Of a stretch of DNA of 64,000 bases, positions 28,040 to 39,900 are shown one piece after another. The stretch is taken from positions 133,424,001 to 133,488,000 of the forward strand of contig OX597815.1 in the NCBI GenBank assembly GCA_951406725.2, given 5' to 3'. The DNA comes from Octopus vulgaris (taxonomy: Eukaryota). The notes beneath the pieces are model-generated. The model did not search any database. It was not told where the DNA came from and was given only the letters and a program-made list of their open reading frames with translations. The stretch's first letter is position 1, and each line of letters starts with the position of its first letter. The translations under genes and the position numbers were made by a program.

Positions 28040-31000
28040 AGTGTTGAACATGCTCGAGATGTTGTGCAAGAAATGAATTGTCAGAACAAAATAGTCTGCC
28101 CTCCGGTTTTTATTGCTACATGCCTAACATGTATACTACTAGTTGCTGTTGAACAAGAACCTCAAACAGAAGGATATGACAGGCAATATCCATAACAATC
28201 TCCATCTCATGTGATGGTGAGCAGATCAATTTGGATCAGTTCAAAACTTACATCAGGAGTTGACCATCACTACCTGGCAGCTATTCGAGTAGCCAAATTT
28301 GGTCCCATCTCAGCTAGATTGCAACAACATACAGTAGCATCTGTTTAGAGTTCAGAATAAATAGCCACTTTTAAAATTCTTTTATATTGCACACTAGTCT
28401 ACCAAGGTTGTTCCTTTTCCTGTATGCTTTAGTACTGGAGTCTTTACTGTAAAGGTTGGAGGTCGTTGAAAAGCATCTCATGCAAACTGATCTGTATATG
28501 CAAGCCATGTCACTATCATGATGATTCCATACTGGAATAGTATCAGGTTATGTGAGCATGTATCAACCAGGACAAATCAATGGGTTTGCATCTCAATACC
28601 TAGAGAAGTTCATGCCAGCTAGTTTAGGCTTCTGTCACTGCTTGGGATGTAGTTCAAACAGGATCTCCACATGGAGAAAAACTGGGAATCTGTCTGTGAA
28701 AGATCAAACCAAAGTGGTTAATGCTTACATTGCACCATGCTTTGGCTGGGGAAAAATCTGACCAGAATATAGCATATCAAGAGATTTACTTGCTGCCATC
28801 AGCTACTCAATAGTTGTCTTAAGATACCATTGCTAATGAGGTGCAGACACCCATTGAGGTTGACATATTGGTAAAGTTAACCAAAATGATAGTGAACAGG
28901 GTTTGTTGCCATTCATGAAGCACATCTTTCACCAAGCTTCAATCCTTGGTCAAGCACAGACTACAGTTGGGTGTTTGACATCTGGATTGTTGCCAGAAAC
29001 TCTACTAGCTCAGTCAATGAAATCAATAAAAAGTCAACCTTTGTACACTATAGACAATATTCATGGAGGGACTGTGCAACAATATCATCATCATCATCAT
29101 CATCATCATCATTTAGCGTCCGTTTTCCATGCTAGCATGGGTTGGACGGTTCTGCTGGGGTCTGTGAAGCCAGAAGGCTTCATCAGGCCCAGTCAAATCT
29201 GGCAGTGTTTCTACGGCTGGATGCCCTTCCTAACGCCAACCACTCCGTGAGTGTAGTGGGTGCTTTTTACGTGCCACCCGCACTGGTGCCAGCCAGAGCT
29301 GGCAAACGGCCACGAACGGATGGTGCTTTTTATGTGCCACCGGCACGAGGGCCAGGCAAGGCTGGCAACGAACACGAAACGGGGCGGTGCTGGCAACGGT
29401 CGCGAAACGGAAGGTTCTCTTACATGCCACCGGCACTGGTAACACATCTGCAATTTCCATTGATCGATTTCCATTCTGATCCTCACTTGCCTCAATGGGT
29501 CTTCACAAGCAGAGTTTCGACATGCCACCGGCACTGGTAGCACATCCGCAATTTCCATTGATCGATTTCGATTCTGATCCTCACTTGCCTCAACACGTCT
29601 TCACAAGTAGAGTTTTGTGTCCCAAGAAGGGAAGGTATGCATACGTAGGCTGGCTCCATCCCATGTAGAAGGCCACGGGTTGTGGACTCACTTGTCCTGC
29701 CGGGTCTTCTCGCGCACAGCACACTTCCAGAGGTCTCGGTCTCTAGTCATTTCCTCGGTGAGACCTAAAGTTCGAAGGTCGTGCTTCACCACCTCGTCCC
29801 AGGTTTTCCTGGGTCTGCCTCTTCCACAGGTTCCCTCAACCGCTAGGGTGTGGCACTTTTTCACACAACTATCTTCATCCATTCTCGCCACATGACCATA
29901 CCAGCGCAAACGTCTCTCTTGCACACCACAACTGATGCTTCTTAGGTCCAGCTTTTCTCTCAAGGTACTTACACTCTGCCGAGTGTGAGTACTGGCATTA
30001 CACATCCATCGGAGCATACTGGCTTCATTTCTAGCGAGCTTACGCATATCCTCAGCAGTCACGGCCCATGTTTCACTGCCATGTAGCATGGCTGTTCGTA
30101 CACACGCATCATACAGTCTGCCTTTCACTCTGTGCGAGAGGCCTTTTGTCACCAGCAGAGGTAAGAGCTCTCTGAACTTTGCCCAAGCTATTCTTACTCT
30201 AGCAGTTACACTTTCAGCACACCCGCCCCCGCTGCTGACTTGGTCACCTAGGTAACGGAAACTATCAACTATTTCTAGTTTTTCTCCCTGGAAAGTGACA
30301 GAAGTTGGTCTCAGAGCATTTTCAGTGTTTATTGTTCCTGAGCATCTGCCACATACAAAAACCATCTTCCTAGTTAGCCTTCCTTTGACATTGCTGCATC
30401 TCTTATGTGTCCATAGCTTACACTTGGTGCATCTTATAGAGTTTCTACCTACACCTTTTCTACAGATCGAGCAGGGCCATCTACCTGAAGGTGTTTGTGA
30501 TTTGTCTACCTTCCTACTGATTACGACTTTGGTTTTAGCTAGATTGACTCTGAGGCCCTTCGATTCTAATCCTTGTTTCCACACCTGAAACTTCTCCTCC
30601 AGTTCTGATAGCGACTCAGCAATTAGAGCAAGGTCATCAGCATAGAGGAGCTCCCAAGGGCATCCTGTCTTGAATTCCTCCGTTATTGCCTGGAGGACTA
30701 TGATAAATAGGAGGGGGCTGAGTACTGAGCCTTGGTGGACCCCTACCTCTACCCGGAATTCTTCACTGTACTCATTTCCAACCCTCACCCTACTAGCGGC
30801 GTCCCTATACATGGCCCGCACAGCTCTCACTAACCATTCATCTATCCCTAGTTTTCTCATTGCCCACCAGATAAGGGATCGGGGGACCCTGTCGAAGGCT
30901 TTCTCCATGTCAACAAAAGCCAGGTACAGGGGCTTATCTTTGGCTAGGTATTTCTCCTGCAGCTGCCTTACCAGGAATATAGCATCAGTAGTACTTTTCC

Positions 31001-31860
31001 CTGGCACAAACCCAAACTGCATCTCATCTAAACTAACTCTCTCTCTAATTAGTTGGGCTATGACCCTCTCCGTAACCTTCATCACCTGGTCCAACAGCTT
31101 GATACCTCTGTAGTTATCCTGGGAATGATTACATGTATTAGTAAGGATATTCTAATCAGTCTCTTCTGGGGAGTTCAAGATCAAGGGATTATGGACAACT
31201 TCCTAAAGTCTTTGCTCTAGCAGTGGGGGAGAGGCATTGATTGTTTAGGACAAGATATAAAGGTAGCATTGGAATGTACCTGAGATGTGCACAAGGTGGG
31301 AAAACTATTCTATATGCACTCAATTTGTGCTTGTGTAATACCATTTTGTGGACTTTTGTCAGAAAGCACAAAGGGATCACTCCTTGGCCAGATCAAGCTA
31401 TCAGCTAAGTCAAATATAAAGATCAACCTACTGCCTTCTTTTTGTAAGGAAGTGTGGTTCATCTTCCTCTGCCTGGTGGCCATGACAAAATATGTTGACA
31501 TAGTTAAAAAGTTTTTAAGAGCTTTTCTTTCTGACCAAGCTCTCATCAACGCCTTTAATTCATAAGCTATAAGAAGGTGAAAGTGACAATGCTAACAGAG
31601 CTTCGTCTGATTATGCAACTTCACATTGGAGTCAAGAAACTGGTAGAGTACTTTTAGTTTTGAAGTGTCAGAACAATCTAGGACTTAGTGACAGGTTTTA
31701 CCTACAAATTACCTTGGGTATGGTTTCCCCTCTCATTGGGTACCTTCTCTTCCTGAAATTTAAGTATTATCTACTGTTTTTGTTGATTTCACTTTTTTTT
31801 ATATTCGATGTATACTTTCGTCCCTGTACTGTCCTCCACTGTCTTGGGCATTTGTGACTA
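28040..31860 (+). mobile_element. Decayed Tx1/L1-clade LINE ORF2, split by the RTE insertion at 29085-31117
   Basis: Relics left of the RTE resemble LDQxKxxDRVDH, QGC(P)xS, xYAxxVTI and LSVKDQTKVVNAYIA. Right of it, CLRCAQGGKTILYAL resembles the L1 C-terminal CCHC finger. Boundaries approximate. Confidence 0.6.
29085..31117 (-). mobile_element. Young 5'-truncated RTE LINE with an uninterrupted 468-aa RT/C-terminal ORF and (GAT)n tail
   Basis: ORF 29688-31094 has QFGF, KAFDRV, GVHQGSVLSPLLF, YADD, FRYLG and RLRWYGHVARM; (CAT)n on the plus strand at ~29085-29112; no TSD found. Confidence 0.95.
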
Positions 31861-32729
31861 TTATTATTCAACTTTCTCCCCCAAAATTTCAGGCTTTGTG
31901 CTTTTGTTATAAATTATAATTATTATTAGGGAAGCGAGCTGGCAAAATCGTTGGTGGGCAAGATAAAATACTACATAGCATTTCTTCCAGCTCTTTAACA
32001 TTCAGAGTTCAAATATTGCCGGGGACAACTTTGCTTTTCCTCCTTTTGGATCGATAAAATAAGTATTAATCAAGTACAGGAGCTTATGTAATTGCCTTAC
32101 TCCCTTCACTCAAAATTGCTGGCCTTGTGCCAAAATTAGAAAGAATTATTATTTTCTAAGTATATTGTGAATTTGGTTTAGTACTTTTATTTATCTTTAT
32201 ATTTTTTATCAATCGATTGCTTTTAGGGTCGGGTTCGAAACTTAAGGATCACATTTTAAACTTCCTTCTCTATATTTTATTCTACGCCAAAGAGACATGA
32301 ACAAAAGACTTTAGCGGTACCATCGAACTTCTAAACAAATCTATGGCGGGAAAATTGATAATACGGGAAAATGATTTTGATCAAAATATTGTCTTTAACA
32401 AGAAAAATTATTTAAAAAAAATAAATAGTAACAATATTTATATATAATATTTATATTTCTGACGCCAAAGCACCACTTTAGTTTCTTTTTTAATCATAGG
32501 AGTGTATATTCAACAGTTATACTGTCTTTATTTACCAATTATTTCAGGTTACATTTTGCAGACTACCGAATAAAAAATAGTTTTATTGTTTAGAGACGAA
32601 AGATCGCCTTATTGTTTTGTTTATATTTAAATATTTATCGATTAAAACAGAATATGTTTCAGTTATTAGTGTGCAGGTCATCCTCATTGAAATGGATACA
32701 GCAACTACGTTAAATACTCAGACGAGTCA

Positions 32730-32945
32730 ATGAGGGAGCCTCTACGTGGGTAGCTTGAAGTGCTAGAAATGACAGCCAAATCTCCATCAAATCACACCTT
32801 ACCATCTTACAGCAAAGCTGCATCGAATATGTTCCTAGGCACTATATATCTCTACAGAAGATAGGGGGTGGTCACAGATGGAACGCCACTGATCAGAGAC
32901 CTGCTCAACTCGATCAGAGTTGACCTGGGGCTAAACAACAACAAA
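32730..32945 (+). repeat. Third dispersed SINE-like family ending in CTAAACAAC(AAC)n (relatives at about 23780-23960, 25345-25890, 35740-35880, 37650-37845, 61650-61830)
   Basis: Recurrent GCTAGAAATAGCAGCCAAATCTCC and GGTCACAG.TGGAA...GACCTGGGGCTAAACAAC. Confidence 0.65.
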
Positions 32946-33639
32946 TGCTGTTGTAATATAAATTAATCGATGGGAGAATATTCATCAATAATCTACAGAA
33001 TGAAAATTGTAAACCAATAGTCACATACAATTAATATGTAATTATTTGGTATATCTTGATAAAATGTTTTAATACAAACAGTAAGTTTGCTGTGTCTGGA
33101 GGGAGAGTCATTCTCTTTTAGTGCCTAAAAATCTCTCACCGGTAAGTTTGCTGCTATTTCTCAACAAGTAATTTACGGATGATCATAAATGCAATAGCGT
33201 GTTTAGTCATTTACGCTCCCCCTCCCCTCAACAAATGTAGTTTGCTTTTGCTGCACTGTTAAGAGAATAAACGAGCCAATAACTACTTTCTAGCTTCTCT
33301 TACTTACAATATATATAAAATCAGTGAGTAATTTTAAAGAGTGGTGAGTACAATGAAATTGCGAGTGCAAAATAAATGAGAAAAATCAAATAAACGCGTG
33401 TAGGGTTTATTATATGTGTATTGGTATACAAAAATATGTATGCGTGTATGTGTGTTTGTGCAATAATTGTGATGAAAAATAAAATTGTGAAAAGCGAATG
33501 AAGGATGAAATTCACATGTCAACATTACCCACAGTAGCTCACAACTTCATCTGTTCACTTCACTCAGACGATGGGATCAGATGATTTCACGTTAAGTGAG
33601 AAAAATAACAAAAAATGCTCTATTTACCGGTTCACTCAC

Positions 33640-34122
33640 CCTTGCTTTCTTCCGACGGCTAGTCCTTCGACTATCGGCGCCGTCAGAAATCGACACAGAC
33701 GAGGTGGACATCTGAGCAGATGTGGTGGATGTAGTGGCCGAATTATTTGCGGTTTCGGCATCATCCGAAGAATAAGAACGTTTCCGACCGGATTGCTGCT
33801 GTTGTTGTTGTTGTTGTTCTCCTCCTCCTCGGTTATCTTCATTGTTTGCGTTGCTATTTGCAGTATCAGAAGACTGTTGTTGCTGTTGATTCATTGATGT
33901 AACGGACGATGAAACTGGAGAAGTTATACCTGAAGAATTTTGTTGTTGTTGTTGCTGCTGCTGGCCATCCTTCTTGTTGGAGGAGACTGAAGAATTACGA
34001 TCTCCTCTCAGATTACTATTGTTACAAGATGGCTGGTTGGCGGAGGAGCTGTTACCGCTGCTAGAATTATTATTCGTGGAGCCGATGGGCATTTTTGTGT
34101 TGATAACACTATTACTAGACAT
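33640..34122 (-). CDS. KDM1A: KDM1A/LSD1 coding exon 1 (S/N/polyQ-rich N-terminus ending [10 protein letters not shown])
   Basis: ATG at 34122; 483 nt, phase 0; donor AGG|GTGAGT at 33639. [10 protein letters not shown] matches the LSD1 NLS region (human RRTSRRKRAK). The start codon is the first ATG of the ORF and is not otherwise confirmed. Confidence 0.88.
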
Positions 34123-34246
34123 AACCTAACGACTAGTTAATAAATGAAACGATTCCACATGCAGTAAAAGACAATATTCCAATTAGAAATATTGACGATT
34201 TACATACATGTGAACATCACAGATTACAATAAAAAACTATGATGCG

Positions 34247-34260
34247 GAGCCACCTAGCGG
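34247..34260 (-). promoter_or_regulatory. CTCF-like motif about 125 bp upstream of the KDM1A ATG
   Basis: Minus strand reads CCGCTAGGTGGCTC, a 13/14 match to CCRSYAGRKGGCRS, in very AT-rich surroundings. Confidence 0.45.
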
Positions 34261-36584
34261 ACGATTGCGTTGGATGAAAGGAAAAAATTATTTCAAGCAT
34301 GAAATAGTTTCATTTAACTTTTTCTATCAGGATACCTAAATATAAAAAAGAAAAAAATGTGTGATTTTCAAAATTAAATTGATTTCTTAATTTATTTTTT
34401 ACATTTAAATTTGTTGTTTCATGCGCATTTTTGCTTATCTCCCCATAGTTTCAAAATCAATGTTGTTTATTTATTTTTAAATTATATAATTGTTTTGATG
34501 ACAACTAAAATTTTCAAAATGATACAACATAGATAGATATGATAATACAAAATATTATTTGGAAGACCCCTTTGATCTCATAAAAATGTTGTTGTTTTTA
34601 TAATTTAATTTTCAAAAATTCAAGTTGACTTATTTAAAAAAAATATTTTATGAAAAAGCTATTTAAAAGATATTGAAGACTATAATAACAATTCCACAAA
34701 GAAAATATATAATCTCAAATTCTAAAACATATTTTAAGCAAATCAAATTTATAGCATTTCTGTTCTTCCATACAATGGTTTCAAAAATCACAGTGGCCCC
34801 AAAAAATATTTTAAATCTGTATTTCAAAGTGTTGTAATTTTAGTTAGTGCATTATTTTAAATCCATGTATTTTAAAGTTCTCTTTTAAGTAATATATTAT
34901 CATTAATTTACGGGTAAATATATAAAAGATCATATACTTATCATTTAGAATTGTAGGTCAAGTCGAATGTTCGTTATTGCGAAGACAAAGGTTTCGTTTG
35001 CTCTAACATGTTTCATCTTTATTTTACTATCATATATTTCAGATATCATTAACATTGACGACAGTATTCTTTCAACGCATATGTAAAGCATAAATAAAAC
35101 ATGTTATGTAGTTTTAAATTAATTTTGTTATAAATATTGGGGCCATGATCAGCTGGTGGAGTTTGAATACATTGACGGACAATAGTCCGTCAATGTATTA
35201 AAGAGATTTAACAAAATCCTACCATGTTAATGAATAGGCTTCACCAATGTACTTCACCAAATGGTCAGGAATCGGTGTTGATAATGGACACTGGGATTTG
35301 AACTTAATGCAACTAAAGGCATTGTGATTGATGTAAAGTAAAATATTAAGGAATCAGTTTGGTAGAATCGTTATTGTGCTGGAAATGCGTTGCGGTATTT
35401 GTTCCTGCTCTCTACATTCTAAGTTCAAATCCTGTCGAAAACTTTGCCTTCAATCCTTCCGAGGTCGATAAAGTAAAGTATCAATCAAGTACAGGAATCG
35501 ACGTATCGGTCAGTCCCTTCCCTACAAAATTGCTGGTCTTGTGCCTAGATTAGAAATAAGATTCATACTTAATGTCTCAAGCAAATATATAAATAAATAC
35601 ATTCAAGTGTTTATTGGATTATATGAAAAAAATTGCTTCTGATGTCCATATGTAACAAAGTATCAGCTTAAAATTGAACCAAGAATTGATGGAGCTATGT
35701 AATCATTCAGTGTATTACCCCACTGATCTACCGTTTTAAACAATAAGAACACATTAGATAACGCAATCCTAGATATGCTATGCCTCCGAAAGTAGGACAA
35801 AATGGCTACGTCTTGAATACCTCTGATTATATGTAAGATAGATCATTGCATATCTAGAGGCTAAACAACAACGACAACAACAATAATCCTTTCTACTACC
35901 GGCACAAGGCCTGCATTTTGTGGGGAGGGGCTAAGTCGATCACATCGACCCCAGTACTCAATTGGTACTTGATTTATCGACCCCGAAAGGATGAAAGGCA
36001 ATGTCGACCTCGGCGGAATTTGAACTCAGAACGTAGCGACAGGCGAAATATCGCCAAGCAATAATAATAATCATCTTTTTTCTGATTCTCATCATAGCTA
36101 TCGTCATTTGTCATGAGGTTTGAAACATCTTAAACTAACATATATTTCGAAGAATTCGTTTTAAATAAAATTGTCTTGTTTCAAATGAGATAAAATACCA
36201 TCATGATATTCTTAGTTATCGAGTAAAATATTGAACTAGTAATTATGGAACGTGGAGTCTTCCATTATTCATATTTCTTTTATGCTAATTAGCCCAGTTC
36301 TTTAGATATGTGCGTACGTGCCATTTACGCTGATGTTAAATTGTTGCGCTTTTTGTGTTCCATACATTTCCTTGTGTTTGACGAGTCAGACCAAGTGTCT
36401 TTGTCATCATTATTACTAAATTTTATAACAATCACTTGTTATGTTGATGCCGATACATATAACTTCCATTTATTATAATTTTGCGTTCATAGCTATTTCT
36501 TGTTATAATTGTTTGTAAATTTTTTATTTCAATGCTTATTCAAATGTGAAATATATATTTAAGATGAAATACCATTATATCTTT

Positions 36585-36962
36585 TTTGTTTCAGTCCTTG
36601 GACTGTAGTCATGTTGAGACATCGATTTGAGCAAATCCCGCAGCATTTATTTTCTTTTCAGCTTGGTACTTATTCCATCGTTCTCTTTTGTCGAACTTCT
36701 AATTTACGGGGACGTAAACAAACCAACACCAGCCGTCAAGCTATGGTAAGGGACAAATAACCTTAAAGATGTACTACATCTCCACTAGTATATACATATA
36801 TTTACGATGGGCTTCTTTCAGTTTCCGTCTACCAAATCCACTCACAAACCTTCAATCCGCCCGGGGCTATAGAAGAAGGCATTTGCCCGAAGTGCCACTT
36901 AGTGGCACAGAACACGGAACCATGTAGTTGGGAAGCAAACTTCTAACCACATAGCCACGCCT
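36585..36962 (-). mobile_element. Second tRNA-derived SINE family (copies also at about 1-90, 5765-5900, 14065-14225, 43465-43580)
   Basis: Repeated TTTCAGTTTCCGTCTACCAAATCCACTCAC...GGGAAGCAAACTTCT..CCACA.AGCCACGCCT; the minus strand starts with a tRNA-like head. Confidence 0.75.
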
Positions 36963-39900
36963 GAAAATTCACAAAAAAAAACTTTGAAACGTGCTGTCTC
37001 AACAGGGTATTTTCATTTTGATCAGAAAAAAAAATATTGACCTAGGGTCTCAAACCACACAGTGGATTTCATACATAATTGAATATAGATTTTAACGTTC
37101 TTAGTTTCATTCACAGAATAATTGTATTTAATACAGCCACAAGTTTAAGGGAAAGAGAGATAGTCGATTAAACCGACTCTAGTACTTGACTGATACTTTA
37201 TTTTATCGATCTCGAAAAGGTGAAAGGCAAGGTTGATCTCGGTGGGATTTGAACTCAGAACGTGAAGAATTGAAAAATATTACGAAACATCTTGGCTATC
37301 GTCCTAACGGTTTTGCCAATCTACAACCTTTCATTCTTAACAACCTACGTGAATGCACTTCCAATTGAAACTTGAAATTAGGTCTTCAATTTCATTTCCT
37401 ATGGATTGGCTCTTATTTTTCTTAAACTGTGTTTTTTAGGCTCCTTACAAGATGTAGGAGTTCAATCTGGTTCATCTCAAAGTGAATCTGTTTGCCATAA
37501 ACTAAAGAAAATAAATTGTTACAAAGCAAGTACTTAGAATGCAAGCAGTTGATGTTCAGTTTCTAATTTTTTTTCCTCATAGACGAAAAAAAGTGACTTT
37601 TAATAAGCGATGTAAATTCAACAACAAAACAAAACACTACTATCAGGCCTACAAAGGAATGGCAACGCAGTCGCATGACTTACAACAAACGACAGCTGAA
37701 TCTCCCTCAAACTACACCCAACCATCTTAAAAAAGAGAATAACACACTGGATAATGTGTGCCTAAAAAGATAGGGTGGTAACAGCTGGAAGATTCGTAAT
37801 TGTAGGTCTGCTGATCAGTGTTGACCTCTGGCTAAATAACAACTACTGACTTATGTTGTGTCTGTCGTAAGTCGGCCACTGTCGCATATTCGCCGTCTTA
37901 ATAGTCAGCCAGTGTTATTCTTTACCCTGAGTCCGAGTAGATCTACAGTCAGGGGTTTCGAAATATGACAATCCTGTTCTTTTCTCTGGCATTGCTTATT
38001 CTGGAGTACATTGTTCACTCCTCTCTTTAAGACAGTAGTGAACAATTTCAACGAGATTTGGTTGATATTTCTAAATGTTTTATCCAGCTCGTAGGTTCCA
38101 ACATTAGCTTGGAATCACAACGGGATCAACAGGCCCAGCATGCAGTGTAAGCCTTGCCATTGGGTTGATTTAAACACAGCACTGAATTCTGACTAAACAT
38201 CAATTACACAGTGTTCCAACTGCTTACAGATGTCACAATTTCAGGTCACATTTGTAGATTGGACCATTAAAATGACTTTGCTATCTACATGATACAGCTT
38301 TGGTGAACAAATATGAACAGTTGACCTTAATACGTCAGTCACTTTCTTTTATAAGGGAACTGGTAATGGAAGGGAGTTTGAGACTTTGATGTCTTTGCTA
38401 AGGTTATCAATGTCCCAAAATCAGGAACTGCAACTCATTGTTAAAATATTCTGATGAAGAGATAGGCTCTACTCTGTAACATTCACTACAATGAAGAGCA
38501 GACCCAAAGATGGGTGCCTGAGGGGCATGTGTCCCACTCAAGAGAAGAAGCGCATCCTTCTAAATAATGTTATTATGCCCTTTTCTCCTGGAATTGTATT
38601 CCTTTCTGACCTTGTGCCCTCCCTTCAAAAAATTCCTGGGACCACATCTGCAATGTGCATGAAAGAAGGTAACATTATTGGTATATAAGTAAAGAAGGCA
38701 ACTTTACTTTATTAACGCCCAAAAGAATAAAATTGCAATGTTGACCTAAGCAGCATTTGAACCCAGAAAGGGAAGGCATTTTATCCAACATTCTAACAGT
38801 TATTACAGAAGGTAGTGTAAGACATTCATTGTAAATCAGACCATACTTTAGTGGGTTTTTAACCCACAAATTTAATATAATGTTCGGTCATTCTTCGATA
38901 GCTGATAGAATCAATCCAGTGAGGAACAACAACTCGTGGAGATTGTGAAGTCATGAGGAATTTATTCTGATACAGAATGAGAGTATTTACACAGCTTGTA
39001 CATTATCATTCAATAGAACTGAATGGAATTTGAATAAGGGAATGTTTTTGTCTTGCCGTATTTCATGACTGGTGAATGGGACTGAAGAAAATTCAATCAA
39101 CAAGAAGTTGTCTCATAGCAGGTACAGAGATGGAGAATACCATAGGTAGTGTACAGGAGAAGAAAGAGAGTGTAACATGTCTGTGCATGTCTTTTTATAG
39201 CTATGTAATGAGTGCCACCTAGTTGCTAGTGATGTGACAGAGGGGATAACTATAATTACGCAATGACTTAACAGATATCAGAAAGCATACTTTATAATAA
39301 TTAGTCTAATCAAATTTTAATAATTTGATCAAGAGAACTCGTGAGTAAATGAGAGAAAAATAAGAAACCTAATTGTTTATATAGAGTTGAATCGAAAGAT
39401 TAATGTACAAATATTTTAGTAAAATGGAATAAATGTTAAGCAGTAAAGTGAGTAGCTACATCTAAGTGGCAGATGAATGTTACTACTAGTTTAACCCCAG
39501 GCGGATTCTCCGCCAGCTGGTTTTCAGTGCAAGTTCTGCAATTATATATACAATACATTGCTAGCAAGGGAAGTGAACCCCTACTACTCTCCAGTAGCTG
39601 ACAGGATTGTGGGACCAGCCAGTTTCAAGCTGCTTGGCCAAAGCCTTTATATCACCTTTCCTATTCTCATCACCCCAATGTCCCTTGAGGGCATGTTCTG
39701 ACATATTGTGTTGCTTTGAAACAGGGCACCTGGTCTTAGAAAATTTGCCTTACTGAAATCTCTCTGACCTGTGCAGGCATGGAAAATAGTACATTAAAAC
39801 AATAATGATGATGAAAACACTTTTACAGACACACATGCACACACAAACATGTATATATGTATCTCAAGTCACTAATGAGTGTTACTGGTAACATGTAATC

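Noticed and set aside
29142-31113. Plus-strand ORFs overlapping the RTE, and most other short ORFs in the track
   Set aside because: Antisense shadows of TE ORFs or microsatellite/low-complexity translations without recognisable domains.
38440-38500. CTGATGA-AGAG...CTCT-GTAAC as a hammerhead
   Set aside because: The GAAA box reads GTAA, and stems I and III are not convincing.
38100-39100. Possible decayed coding element
   Set aside because: Only faint integrase-like fragments; no motif series I can defend.
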